From Octopus sinensis (Eukaryota): a stretch of 26,876 nt of DNA. Location of the stretch: positions 1 through 26,876 of the forward strand of contig NW_021834060.1 in NCBI RefSeq assembly GCF_006345805.1, in the 5' to 3' direction. Both the position numbers and the translations under genes were made by a program. Every line of letters starts with the position of its first letter. Positions within the stretch are counted from its first letter, which is position 1. The notes beneath the pieces were generated by a model. That model saw only the letters and a program-made list of their open reading frames with translations. It searched no databases and was not told where the DNA came from. Below, in pieces: positions 11,045 through 22,469 of the stretch.

Positions 11045-11342
11045 CACTGGCATACTTCATATGGAAACTTAAAAATAAGATTAACAAAAAAATTTCCTGG
11101 CGCATTTCGCATGGACAATTGAAAGCAAAAAAAAAAAAATGTTAATGGTTCACTTTGCATGAACAGTTTAAAGCTACTGGCCCACTTTGCATAGAAAGTT
11201 TGGAAGAATACTGGCATAATTTTCACGGAAAGTTAAAAATTACTTGTGCATTTTTTAATGTAAAATTTCTAATTTCTTGCGCTCTTTATTAGAAAAGTTA
11301 AAACTTCCTAGCAGACTTTACATGGAAAGTTCCAAATATTGG
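11045..11342. repeat. Degenerate minisatellite, unit about 32 bp
   Basis: Units resemble CACTTTGCATGGAAAGTTAAAAATTACTGGCG; the repeat resumes at 12600-12710. Confidence 0.6.
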
Positions 11343-11534
11343 TTTCGAATTTTAGCACAAGGCCAACAATGTTAGGGGAGGGTATAAGTCGATTACATCG
11401 ACTCCAGTGCTTATCTGACACTTATGTTAATCGACTTAATCGACCCTTGGTGATATCTGAACTCAGAACGTAGACAGACGAAATGTCATTAAGTATGCTT
11501 CCCGGCATGCTTCACGATTCTGCCAACTCGCCGC
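11341..11534 (-). mobile_element. Degenerate SINE family B
   Basis: GCACAAGGCC tail, TGAACTCAGAACGTA and TGCCAACTCGCCGC head. Confidence 0.75.
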
Positions 11535-12292
11535 ATTTGAGGCGTTTAGTAATCGAGTGTTGTAAGCACCACCCCGGCCATTTTCGAGGTGAGTATAACC
11601 TTTTCTTCGTCTCGACTTCTAGAATCCGAAAAAGTTTTGAGGAAGAACTGCCGAGACATGCAATAAGGTAGAAAATACGGCTGAAAAAAGTTGTCCCTCG
11701 ATGCTATTGACACAACATTCACCCAAACTCGGACCAGAGAGTTTAGTAACACACCATCGTAAGCACTCACGCTCAGTCAATAACTTTGGTGTGATCCCTG
11801 TATCGTTTTGCGAGGTGTTATGGCTCATTTTCTAATATTCCTCGTTACCATCGTAACGATAATGGGCAATTAGCTTACTATTTTGTCTTAATTACCTCTT
11901 AAAGTTATTTACTTTGGTATATTAAAACACAAACAATACCTTTGTGTGTATGTGTGTAGGGGGGTCTCTATGTTTTTTTCTGGCTATTATGGCTAAAATA
12001 ATGCAATACACCGTTTTGTAGCACTGGTATATTCTACAAAATGAGAAAGACGCAGTCATTATTTCATCTTTCAGATGCATACATAAATAAATAATTTTAC
12101 ATGGATGAAATGATTAGAGAAGGTCTTCACGGTCATTTTAAGACCAAAACCAGCTTCTTAACTCCATTCCTTGCCGAGATGTTGCATTCTGAATGTCGCG
12201 AAAATTTGACTGCGTTTTTCTCAGTTTTTAAGTTGCAGCGTTTACAACGGTCTGTTACTAAGCGCCTCATTTGGAAAGTTGAAGTTTGGAAA

Positions 12293-12457
12293 GTCGAATT
12301 TTGGCACCAGGCCAGCAATTTCGGGTGGGTTGGGGTGTAAGCTAATTACATTGGCCCCGCTGCTCAAGTGGTACTTATTTTATCGCCCCCGAAAGGATGA
12401 AAGGCCAAATCGACCTCGGCAATATTTGAACTCAGAACGTTAAGCACTTCGTCCGGT
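12293..12457 (-). mobile_element. Degenerate SINE family B fragment
   Basis: CCCCGAAAGGATGAAAGGC..TCGACCTCGGC..TTTGAACTCAGAACG. Confidence 0.75.
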
Positions 12458-12482
12458 TTACTATGGAATTTTGAAAATATTC

Positions 12483-12588
12483 TTTTCTACTCTAGGCACA
12501 AGGCCCGAAATTTTAGTGGAGGGGGCCAGGCGATTAGATCAACCCAGTATGCAACTGGTACTAACGTTTCTTCCAGCTCGCCGCCTTG
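12483..12588 (-). mobile_element. Internally deleted SINE family B (head fused to tail)
   Basis: Tail TTCTACTCTAGGCACAAGGCC...ACTGGTACT is joined directly to head AACGTTTCTTCCAGCTCGCCGCC. Confidence 0.7.
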
Positions 12589-12712
12589 AATATTGAAGAT
12601 ATTACTTGCGCACTTAGTATGAGAAACTAAAAAAGCAAATTATGACGTACGTTGTATGAAAAGTTAAATAGTTTTGGCGCACTTTGCATGAACATTTTCA
12701 AATTACTGGCAA

Positions 12713-13080
12713 GGCGGCGATCTGGCAGAAACGTTAGCACACCGGGCGAAATGCTTAGCAGTATTTCGTCTATCTTTACGTTCTGAGTTCAAATTCCGCC
12801 GAGGTCGACTTTGCCTTTCATCCTTTTGGGGTCGATAAATTAAGTACCAGTTACGCATTGGGGTCGATGTAATCGACTTAATCCGTTTGTCTGTCCTTGT
12901 TTGTCCTCTCTGTGTTTAGCCCCTTGTGGGTAGTAAAGAAATAGGTATTTCGTCTGCCGCTAAGTTTTGAGTTCAAATTTCACCGAGGTCGATAAATTAA
13001 GTACCAGTTACGTACTGGGGTCGATCTAACCGACTAGCCCCCACCTCAAAGATTTCGGGCCTTGTACCCAGAGTAGAAAC
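12713..13080 (+). mobile_element. SINE family B, two-core version
   Basis: Head GGCGGCGATCTGGCAGAAACG, one full unit, junction AAAGAAATA|GGTATTTCG, a deleted second core, then tail GAGTAGAAAC. Confidence 0.88.
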
Positions 13081-13428
13081 AAGTAGGAGCCGCATATGCA
13101 TTGTGAAAATGCAACCAGGGGGTATATATGCGTTTCAGCTAAAAAGAAAGAAAAAAGAAATCCGCAATCTCTGTAGGAGAGGTCACTTCCGGTTGATGAT
13201 AATGATGATGATGATGATGATGATGATAATGATGAAGAAAAGGAGATGCTGAATGAAGAACTGAGGAAAATGGCTGCACATTGTAGGGCTGTGGGCGAAG
13301 GAAGAATCACAATATAGGGCTTGCAGAATGGGTGGGCAGCGCATTAAAAGACTGGTAGATTAGGGAACATTGTTAGGATTAGCAGAAAGGGGACATATAT
13401 ATATATATATATATATTGTAAGGCGTAA

Positions 13429-13657
13429 GGCGGCGAGCTGGCAGAAACGTTAGCACACCGGGCGAAATGCGTAGCCGTATTTCATCTGCGTTACGTTCCG
13501 AGTTCAAGTTCCGCCGAGGTCGACTTTGCCTTTCATCCTTTCGGGGTCGATATATTAAGTACCAGTTACGCACTGGGGTCGATGTAATCTACTTAATCTT
13601 TTTGTCTGTCCTTGTTTGTCCCCTCTATGTTTGGCCCCTTGTGGGTAGTAAAGAAAT
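13429..13657 (+). mobile_element. SINE family B, single-unit version
   Basis: Head through GGTAGTAAAGAAATA; ATATATATTGTA lies on both sides, a probable TSD. Confidence 0.88.
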
Positions 13658-14365
13658 ATATATATATTGTAGGAGTAGCTTAGGGCGCCGGCTATCATAA
13701 GTAAGGGCCTTGCCCGTAACTTACCAAAAGAATCGAAGCGATGGCGGGATAACTGTCAGATGCAAAACATCAATGGTAATAATTTAAATATTAATATCAT
13801 TTCATTTCTGGATACTCAGTTCTTGAATAACATACACTACCACCACCACCACCACCACCACCACCCCACCACTACAAATAACAACAACAGCAGCAGCAGC
13901 AGCAGTAATAGATACATTGGTATTGATTAAAGGACTACCGACCGAGCGCCAATAAAATTCCTTTTGTGCATCGGTGATTACTGTTTCATTATTTTTATTT
14001 ACTTAATTATTTTTACACCCATTGAATCTATTCATATTTATCAAAAAAAAAACAAACAATTTCTGCAACATCTCCATCGTAAATTCACTTGAAATATATT
14101 TCATTAATTAATGAAGGGCAATCAATCGATATCACTTCAGTGGCGACGCCGTAAGGTAAGAAGATCGATAATTCTAACAGAAACACAGTAACATGGTTTA
14201 GGAGAACGGAATGGTTGAAGAAATCGAAATCATGCACTGTTTTTCCCTCAGTACATTACTGGTATGATCGCAGTCAGTTTTGAACTGTTATGTAAAATTA
14301 ATAGAAACGAAGCCCCCCTGGAGGTTTTCCTTTCCTTCTAGATTTTCTTATCCAACCATCATATT

Positions 14366-15186
14366 GTGTGTATATGTGTATGTATGTATGTATGTATGTA
14401 TGTATGTATGTGTGTATGTATGTATGTATGTATGTATGTATGTATGTATGTATGTATGTATGTGTGTATGTATGTATGAATGTATGTTTGTATGTATGTA
14501 TGTATGTATGTATGTATGTTTGTATGTATTGTATGTATGTATGTATATATGTACGTATGTATGTATGTATGTATGTATGTATATTTGTATGTATGTATGT
14601 ATGTATGTATGTTTGTATGTACGTATGTATGTATGTATGTATGTATGTTTGTATGTATGTATGTATGTATGTATGTATGTATGTATGTATGTTTGTATGT
14701 ATGTATGTATGTATGTATGTATGTATGTATGTATGTATATATGTATGATGTATGTATGTGTGTATGTATGTATGTATGTATGTATGTATGCATGTTTGTA
14801 TGTATGTATGTATGTATGTATGTATGTTTGTATGCATGCATGTATGTATGTATGTATGTATGTATGTATGTATGTTTGTATGTATGTATGCATGTATATT
14901 TGTATGTATGTGTATGTATGTATGTATGTGTATGTATGTATGTTGTATGTATGTATGTATGTATGTATTTGTATGTATGTATGCATGTATATTTGTATGT
15001 ATGTATTATGTATGTTTGTATGTATGTATGTATGTATGGTTGTATGTATGTATGTGTATGTTGTATGTATGTAGTATTTTGTATGTATGTAGTATGTATG
15101 TATGTATGTATGTATGTATGTATGTTTGTATGTATGTATGTATGTATGTTTGTATGTATGTATGTTTGTATGTATGTATGTATGTA

Positions 15187-15222
<36 letters not shown>

Positions 15223-15272
15223 TGTATGTGTGTATGTATGTATGTATGTATGTATGTATGTATGTATGTATG
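14366..15272. repeat. Long imperfect (TATG)n tract with TTTG variants
   Basis: Direct reading. Confidence 0.95.
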
Positions 15273-15488
15273 TCATTATTCAGTTTTCTTTCAAGATTTC
15301 TTGCCAATAGAGAAAGAGCCGGTTTCTAACCTAGACCCAAGGCTCCTTCACTGGAATTTCAACATCAACAATAGGGTATTTTTGTATGTATATATGTATG
15401 TATGTATATGTGCAGATTTATATGCTTTATTTTATGTATGTTTTCTCATGCATATAGTTGCATGTCTAGACATTTGCATATATATTTC
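15272..15488. repeat. Dispersed repeat associated with (TATG)n
   Basis: Its 3' part matches 7940-8020. Confidence 0.65.
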
Positions 15489-15923
15489 GTTCCAATGTTT
15501 CAATTATTTTCACCTATTCTTAATATTTCAACATATGCAGCCAAGATAATATGAGGCAGTTCGTATGGTTTTGTTTTATATTAAGTCAACTGCAGTTGTT
15601 TCATTTAAATGTTCAAAATGATTTGTGTGTTCGTTATAGGGAAGCAGCCTCTCTTTTACAATGAATATGTGCTCTGAGGCAACCGGTATTTCGAGGTTGT
15701 TTTGTCTTGTCAGCCGAAAGCACTCCACTGCCTGACGATACACAACGATGTTGAAACACCGGTTGTCCCAGAATCATTTGTGTTAATGAATGAAGTGTGC
15801 TTTGATGACAATTGTCGTAAAGGAGAAGCTGTTCTACTGCGACGACACTTAGCAGCGATTGGTGTATTCACGTCCGAATCTGCAGGAACTCATTCAAAAT
15901 AAATATGCACGACACTGAACACT

Positions 15924-15950
15924 GTTAGGTTAGGGTTAGGGTTAGGGTTA
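15924..15950 (+). repeat. Short interstitial (TTAGGG)n
   Basis: GTTAGGTTAGGGTTAGGGTTAGGGTTA. Confidence 0.85.
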
Positions 15951-15955
15951 ATGTC

Positions 15956-16274
15956 CCAGACCGGGCTTGTGAGTGTTTATTGAGCGAAAACACCTAAAGC
16001 TCCACGAGGCTCCGGCAGGGGATGGTGGTGATCCCTGCTGTACTCTTTCACCACTCTTTCTCTCACTCTTACTTCCTCTTTCTGTTGTACCTGTATTTCA
16101 AGGGGCCAGCCTTGTCACTCTCTGTGTCACGCTGAATATCCCCGAGAACTACGTTAAGGGTACACGTGTCTGTGGAGTGCTCAGCCACTTACACGTTAAT
16201 TTCACGAGCAGGGTGTTACGTTGATCGGATCAACCGGAACCCTCGTCGTCGTAACCGACGGAGTGCTTCCATCC
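15956..16274 (+). mobile_element. 5'-truncated SINE family C with 12-bp TSD
   Basis: AGGGTTAATGTC at 15944-15955 and 16275-16286. Confidence 0.9.
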
Positions 16275-16310
16275 AGGGTTAATGTCTTCGCAATATTTGT
16301 TTTACAATTA

Positions 16311-16495
16311 CGCCGGACAAAATGCTTGGCGGTATTTCGTCCGTCGTCACGATCTGAGTTCAAATGCCGCCGGGGTCGACTTTGCCTTTCATCCTTTTGG
16401 GATCGATAAAATAAGTACCAGTTGAGCACTGGGTCAATCGAATCGACTTAGCCCCCACCCTCAGAGATTGCTGGCCTAGTGCCAAAACTTGAAAG
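16311..16495 (+). mobile_element. Older SINE family B copy
   Basis: GGTATTTCGTC..GAGTTCAAAT..GGTCGACTTTGCCTTTCATCC..AAGTACCAG. Confidence 0.8.
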
Positions 16496-16550
16496 TAATA
16501 TTTGTGTAGCAATCTCCATCATGACAACGGTGCACTTTATTGTTGAACCG

Positions 16551-16855
16551 GCACTCCGTCGGTTGCGACGACGAGCATTCCAGTTGATGCGATCAACGGA
16601 ACACCCTGATGGTGAATTAACGGGGAAACGGTTGAGCACTGTACAGTGCAGACAGGTGTAACCACACTGCAGTCCCCATGGAGCTTCAGCACGGCACAGA
16701 AAGGGACAAGGTTGGCCCTTTGAACTACAACTCCTTTTTGCCAGCTGAGTGGACTGGAGCAACGGGAAATAATGTGTCTTGGTTCTGAGGGAATCGAACG
16801 CACGTCTTCACGATCGCGAGCCGAATACCTTAACCACTACACCACGCATCTTCAC
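16551..16855 (-). mobile_element. Old tRNA-derived SINE sharing its 3' end with family C
   Basis: GCACTCCGTCGGTTGCGACGACGAG is the reverse of the family C tail; reverse B-box GGAATCGAAC. Confidence 0.75.
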
Positions 16856-16900
16856 TCTATTTTTACTTGCAGGAATAACCTTAAAACAGATCCACTTTAA

Positions 16901-17665
16901 TCTATATATATAAAGCGCAGGAGTGGCTGTGTGGTAAGTAGCTTGCTAACCAACCACATGGTTCCGGGTTCAGTCCCACTACATGGCATCTTGGGCAAGT
17001 GTCTTCTGCTATAGCCCCGGGCCGACCAAAGCCTTGTGAGTGGATTTGGTAGGCGGAAACTGAAAGAAGCCTGTCGTATATATGTATGTGTGTCTGTGTT
17101 TGTCCCTCTAGCATTGCTTGACAACCGATGCTGGTGTGTTTACGTCCCCGTCACATAACGGTTCGGCAAAAGAGACCGATAGAATAAGTACTGGGCTTAC
17201 AAAGAATAAGTCCCGGAGTCGATTTGCTCGACTGAAGGCGGTGCTCCAGCATGGCCGCAGTCAAATGACAGAAACAAGTAAAAGAGTAAAAGAGTAAAAG
17301 CTGAAGTTGTCTGTGTGTGTATGGCTGGTTTGGTAGCCTTCAACTAACACTATCTCCTCCGAGACCCTGCGGCGCAACTTGACCAAAATTGAGAGTATGA
17401 TAGAAGAAGGCTTGCTCTTCCTTCCGTAGAAGAAAAAAATTCTAATCGGACCATGTTAACACCAAAAATTATTTACATCAAAAAGGTACTTTTTTCTATG
17501 AAAATACCTATTTTTTTACAATTTTTTGACTGCTGTGTCGCCATTTTCGGTGTATTTCAACTAGAAAAATGTTCACTCAAAGAGAATAACAAGCTACATA
17601 ATGCAGTCTGCCGTTTTAAGCGCAACTAAAAAACAAACCCGAGCAACGCCGGGCTACACTGCTAG
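16901..17665 (+). mobile_element. Non-autonomous Helitron carrying a SINE insertion
   Basis: A|TCTATATATATAAAG start, CCCGAGCAACGCCGGG hairpin and CTAG|T end. Confidence 0.85.
16915..17299 (+). mobile_element. SINE family A nested in the Helitron
   Basis: Full-length copy with (AAAAGAGT)n tail. Confidence 0.9.
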
Positions 17666-18026
17666 TTCTTGATAATGCTTTCTATAACTTCTTTTACAAC
17701 TAAGTATAATGATATTCTTTACAATCGCATTCAGCTTCCATTTTTTTTTTTCATTAATTTTTGGCTATGTTCAAGGATTCATTATAGGCTGCCTTCATTC
17801 TGTCATCAATATCTACGTGAGATGAGGAATTGAAAAATGGTATTTAAGTTGGAAGCTTTCCATATTTGTTCTTGAAAAAAAAATAATATGAAGAACTTAT
17901 TCTTTTGTTAACTGAATGCATCCGTTAAAACTGGTCTTTTATCTCCGAATGCTTCTTTGAAACGCTTCCAAAGGTCTTCTTACATCCAAAGCTACATCAA
18001 TGAACAATCGGTTATCACATTAACAC

Positions 18027-18457
18027 TTTACCTCTTTTACTCTTTTACTTGTTTCAGTCATTTGACTGCGGCCATGCTGGAACACCGCCTTTAGTCCAGC
18101 AAATCGACCCCGGGACTTATTCTTTTGTAAGCACAGTACTTATTCTATAGGTCTCTTTTGCCGAAACGCTAAGTGACGGGGACGTAAACACACCAGCATC
18201 GGTTGTCAAGCAATGCTAGGGGGACAAACACAGACACACAACACACACACACACACACACACACACACCACATATATATATATATACATATATACGACAG
18301 GCTTCTTTCAGTTTCCGTCTACCAAATCCACTCACAAGGCATTGGTCGGCCCGGAGCTATAGCAGAAGACACTTGCCCAAGATGCCACGCAGTGGGACTG
18401 AACCCGGAACCATGTGGTTGGTTAGCAAGCTACTTACCACACAGCCACTCCTGCGCC
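18027..18457 (-). mobile_element. SINE family A
   Basis: Full-length reverse copy. Confidence 0.9.
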
Positions 18458-18684
18458 TAGTATTTTCATAACTTTCTCCCAAGCGTCCATGTTTGTTTTC
18501 GCTCTTTTAGTTAACCCTCGTTTCATACGTTCTGAGTAATACAAAGCTTTCCTTTCATAAATCCGCCTCCAACGCACACAAAAAACCCCCAAAAACTAGG
18601 AATGTGTAATATATAAGAAATTTGAACACCAGGAAAATATGTCCTCCATGTCACATTTGATAAGAAAAGACAGACAACGGATTA

Positions 18685-21180
18685 AGGAGTGTAACAGAGT
18701 GAGTGACTCAATGTTAATATGAATGAGGAGTGTAACAGAGTGAGTGACTCAATGTTAATATGAATGAGGAGTGTAACAGAGTGAGTGACTCAATGTTAAT
18801 ATGAATGAGGAGTGTAACAGAGTGAGTGACTCAATGTTAATGTGAATGAGGAGTGTAGCAGAGTGAGTGACTCAATGTTAATATGAGTTGAGGAGTGTAA
18901 CAGAGTGAGTGACTCAATGTTAATGTGAATGAGGAGTGTAACAGAGTGAGTGACTCAATGTTAATATGAATGAGGAGTGTAACAGAGTGAATGACTCAAT
19001 GTTAATATGAATGAGGAGTGTAACAGAGTGAGTGACTCAATGTTAATATGAATGAGGAGTGTAGCAGAGTGAGTGACTCAATGTTAATATGAGTTGAGGA
19101 GTGTAACAGAGTGAGTGACTCAATGTTAATGTGAATGAGGAGTGTAACAGAGTGAGTGACTCAATGTTAATATGAATGAGGAGTGTAACAGAGTGAGTGA
19201 CTCAATGTTAATATGAATGAGGAGTGTAACAGAGTGAATGACTCAATGTTAATATGAATGAGGAGTGTAACAGAGTGAGTGACTCAATGTTAATATGAAT
19301 GAGGAGTGTAGCAGAGTGAGTGACTCAATGTTAATATGAGTTGAGGAGTGTAACAGAGAGTGAGTGACTCATGTTAATGTGAATGAGGAGTGTAACAGAG
19401 TGAGTGACTCAATGTTAATGTGAATGAGGAGTGTAACAGAGTGAGTGACTCAATGTTAATATGAATGAGGAGTGTAGCAGAGTGAGTGACTCAATGTTAA
19501 TATGAATGAGGAGTGTAGCAGAGTGAGTGACTCAATGTTAATATGAATGAGGAGTGTAACAGAGTGAGTGACTCAATGTTAATATGAATGAGGAGTGTAA
19601 CAGAGTGAGTGACTCAATGTTAATATGAATGAGGAGTGTAACAGAGTGAGTGACTCAATGTTAATATGAATGAGGAGTGTAACAGAGTGAGTGACTCAAT
19701 GTTAATATGAATGAGGAGTGTAACAGAGTGAGTGACTCAATGTTAATATGAATGAGGAGTGTAACAGAGTGAGTGGACTCAATGTTAATATGAATGATGA
19801 GTGTAACAGAGTGAGTGACTCAATGTTAATGTGAATGAGGAGTGTAACAGAGTGAGTGACTCAATGTTAATATGAATGAGGAGTGTAGCAGAGTGAGTGA
19901 CTCAATGTTAATATGAGTTGAGGAGTGTAACAGAGTGTGTGACTCAATGTTAATGTGAATGAGGAGTGTAACAGAGTGAGTGACTCAATGTTAATATGAA
20001 TGAGGAGTGTAGCAGAGTGAGTGACTCAATGTTAATATGAATGAGGAGTGTAACAGAGTGAGTGACTCAATGTTAATATGAATGAGGAGTGTAACAGACT
20101 GAGTGACTCAATGTTAATATGAGTTGAGGAGTGTAACAGAGTGAGTGACTGAAACTTCATAATATGAGTTGAGGAGTGTAACAGAGTGAGTGACTCAATG
20201 TTAATATGAATGAGGAGTGTAATAGAGTGAGTGACTGAAACTTCATAATATGAGTTGAGGAGTGTAACAGAGTGAGTGACTCAATGTTAATATGAATGAG
20301 GAGTGTAACAGAGTGAATGACTCAATGTTAATATGAATGAGGAGTGTAACAGAGTGAGTGACTCAATGTTAATATGAATGAGGAGTGTAGCAGAGTGAGT
20401 GACTCAATGTTAATATGAATGAGGAGTGTAACAGAGTGAATGACTCAATGTTAATATGAATGAGGAGTGTAACAGAGTGAGTGACTCAATGTAATATGAA
20501 GAGGAGTGTAGCAGAGTGAGTGACTCAATGTTAATATGAATGAGGAGTGTAACAGAGTGAATGACTCAATGTTAATATGAATGAGGAGTGTAACAGAGTG
20601 AGTGACTCAATGTTAATTGAATGAGGAGTGTAAGCAGAGTGAGTGACTCAATGTTAATATGAATGAGGAGTGTAACAGAGTGAGTGACTCAATGTTAATA
20701 TGAATGAGGAGTGTAACAGAGTGAGTGACTCAATGTTAATATGAATGAGGAGTGTAACAGAGTGAGTGACTCAATGTTAATATGAATGAGGAGTGTAACA
20801 GAGTGAGTGACTCAATGTTAATATGAATGAGGAGTGTAACAGAGTGAGTGACTCAATGTTTATATGAATGAGGAGTGTAACAGAGTGAGTGACTCAAAAT
20901 GTTAATATGAATGAGGAGTGTAACAGACTGAGTGACTCAATGTTAATATGAATGAGGAGTGTAACAGAGTGGAGTGACTCAATGTTAATATGAATGAGGA
21001 GTGTAACAGACTGAGTGACTCAATGTTAATATGAATGAGGAGTGTAACAGAGTGAGTGACTCAATGTTAATATGAATGAGGAGTGTAACAGAGTGAGTGA
21101 CTCAATGTTAATATGAATGAGGAGTGTAACAGAGTGAGTGACTCAATGTTAATATGAATGAGGAGTGAGTGACTCAAACT
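18685..21180. repeat. 41-bp tandem satellite, about 60 copies
   Basis: Unit GAGGAGTGTAACAGAGTGAGTGACTCAATGTTAATATGAAT; very homogeneous, with no spacers. Confidence 0.97.
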
Positions 21181-21644
21181 TCATAGTGTAAATTCCTCCT
21201 TTGCCTGCCCAATGCATTTTTATGAGTTTGCCCTAAACCTCCACGTTTGCTCTCAGTCTTTTAGTCAGCTCTCGTTCCATACATTCTGTGTAATATGAAA
21301 CTTCCCTTTGGGATTGTGTATCACACATGATGTATGGATGCCAGGAAAATATGTTAAGAGTTAAGAAGAGTAACAAAGATTAAGTGCCTCAAAGTCCATA
21401 GTATGAATTAAGGAGAGTAAGTGAGTGACTTAAACTCCAAAATATGAATTAACCTTTGTCTATCCAAAGCACTTCATAAGTTTTCCACAAAAGTCCTCGC
21501 TTGGGTTTCCTATTTTAGTTTCCGCTTGTTTCATATTGTCTGAATAATATAAAGCTTTCCTTAGGTAAGTCGCAAGTTAAGTATGGACTAAGGTGTGTAA
21601 TTAAGCCTCAAGTTAAGTATGAATTAAGGAGTGTTATTAAAACT

Positions 21645-22032
21645 GTGGAGACGCAATGGCCCAGTGGTTAGGGCAGCGGACTCGCGGTCGTAGGATCGCG
21701 GTTTCGATTCCCAGACTGGGCGTTGTGAGTGTTTATTGAGCGAAAACACCTAAAGCTCCACGAGGCTCCAGCAGGGGATGGTGGTGATCCCTGCTGTACT
21801 CCTTCATCACAACTTTCTCTCACTCTTACTTCCTGTTTCTGTTGTACCTGTATTTCAAAGGGCCAGCCTTGTCACTCTCTGTGTCACGCTGAATATCCCC
21901 GAGAACTACGTTAAGGGTACACGTATCTGTGGAATGCTCAGCCACTTGCACGTTTATTCCACGAGCAGGCTGTTCCGTTGACCGTATCAGCTGGGACCCT
22001 CGTCGTCGTAACCGACGGAGTGCTACTACTAC
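21645..22032 (+). mobile_element. SINE family C (full length)
   Basis: Full head and (CTA)n tail; TSD TATTAAAACT/TATTAAGACT. Confidence 0.9.
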
Positions 22033-22126
22033 TATTAAGACTCCAAAGAATGAATTAACTTTTGTCTGTCCAAAGCACTTTCATAAGTTTATCCATGCTC
22101 GTTTTCAGACTTTAGTTAGTCTTTGT

Positions 22127-22469
22127 AGATCTTTTCACTTTGACCGGCAGATTTTAAAAGTAATTTCTTTGTAACTAAACATTTTAAACTTCGTATACTT
22201 GTAGAATGTGTCACATAAAACATCTTTTCCTCTTGGCGTTGCAAACAACAGTAGTAATTGTATTCACCTCAATAGACGTCATTGATTGGTTGAAATTGCT
22301 GAAATACAAGAAATTAAACAAGAATGAGCTTACAAACTACATAATTTTCTCAAGAACGCCAAGAGAAAAAGATGTTTTATGTGACACATTCTACCAGTAT
22401 ACGAAGTGTAAAAGTGTTTAGTTACAAAGAAATTATTAAAAAAATCTGCCGGTCAAAGCGAAAAGATCC
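22127..22469. mobile_element. MITE with about 110-bp TIRs (possibly Merlin-type)
   Basis: GATCTTTTCACTTTGACCGGCAGATTTT... pairs with ...AAAATCTGCCGGTCAAAGCGAAAAGATCC. Flanks GTCTTTGT/GCATTTGT match at 6 of 8 positions. Confidence 0.8.

Larger units (their letters stand above)
16505..17990 (-). pseudogene. Fossil hAT (Buster/Charlie; ZBED5/SCAND3-like) transposase fragments
   Basis: Minus-strand peptides DDRMKAAYNESLNIAKK, VVKEVIESII, KVIPASK and NNKVHRCHD occur in the expected order of the ASYxxSLxIAK...KEV...IPLSNNTVxRRI motifs. Interrupted by a Helitron and a SINE. Confidence 0.55.

Noticed and set aside
11540-12265. Possible DNA-transposon remnant or short ORFs
   Set aside because: No clear TIR pair or recognisable protein motif.
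13177-13317. Acidic plus-strand exon (ERSLPVDDNDDD...EELRKMAAHC)
   Set aside because: Driven by (GAT)n, with a purine-rich acceptor region and no good donor.
14280-15549. ORFs of 180-319 aa
   Set aside because: Microsatellite translation.
15660-15922. Possible Helitron Rep-like coding remnant (CRKGEAVL, GVFT, MHDTE)
   Set aside because: Similarity is too short and fragmentary to support without a search.
18685-21180. CRISPR-like array
   Set aside because: Contiguous monomers with no unique spacers, no cas genes, and a eukaryotic context.
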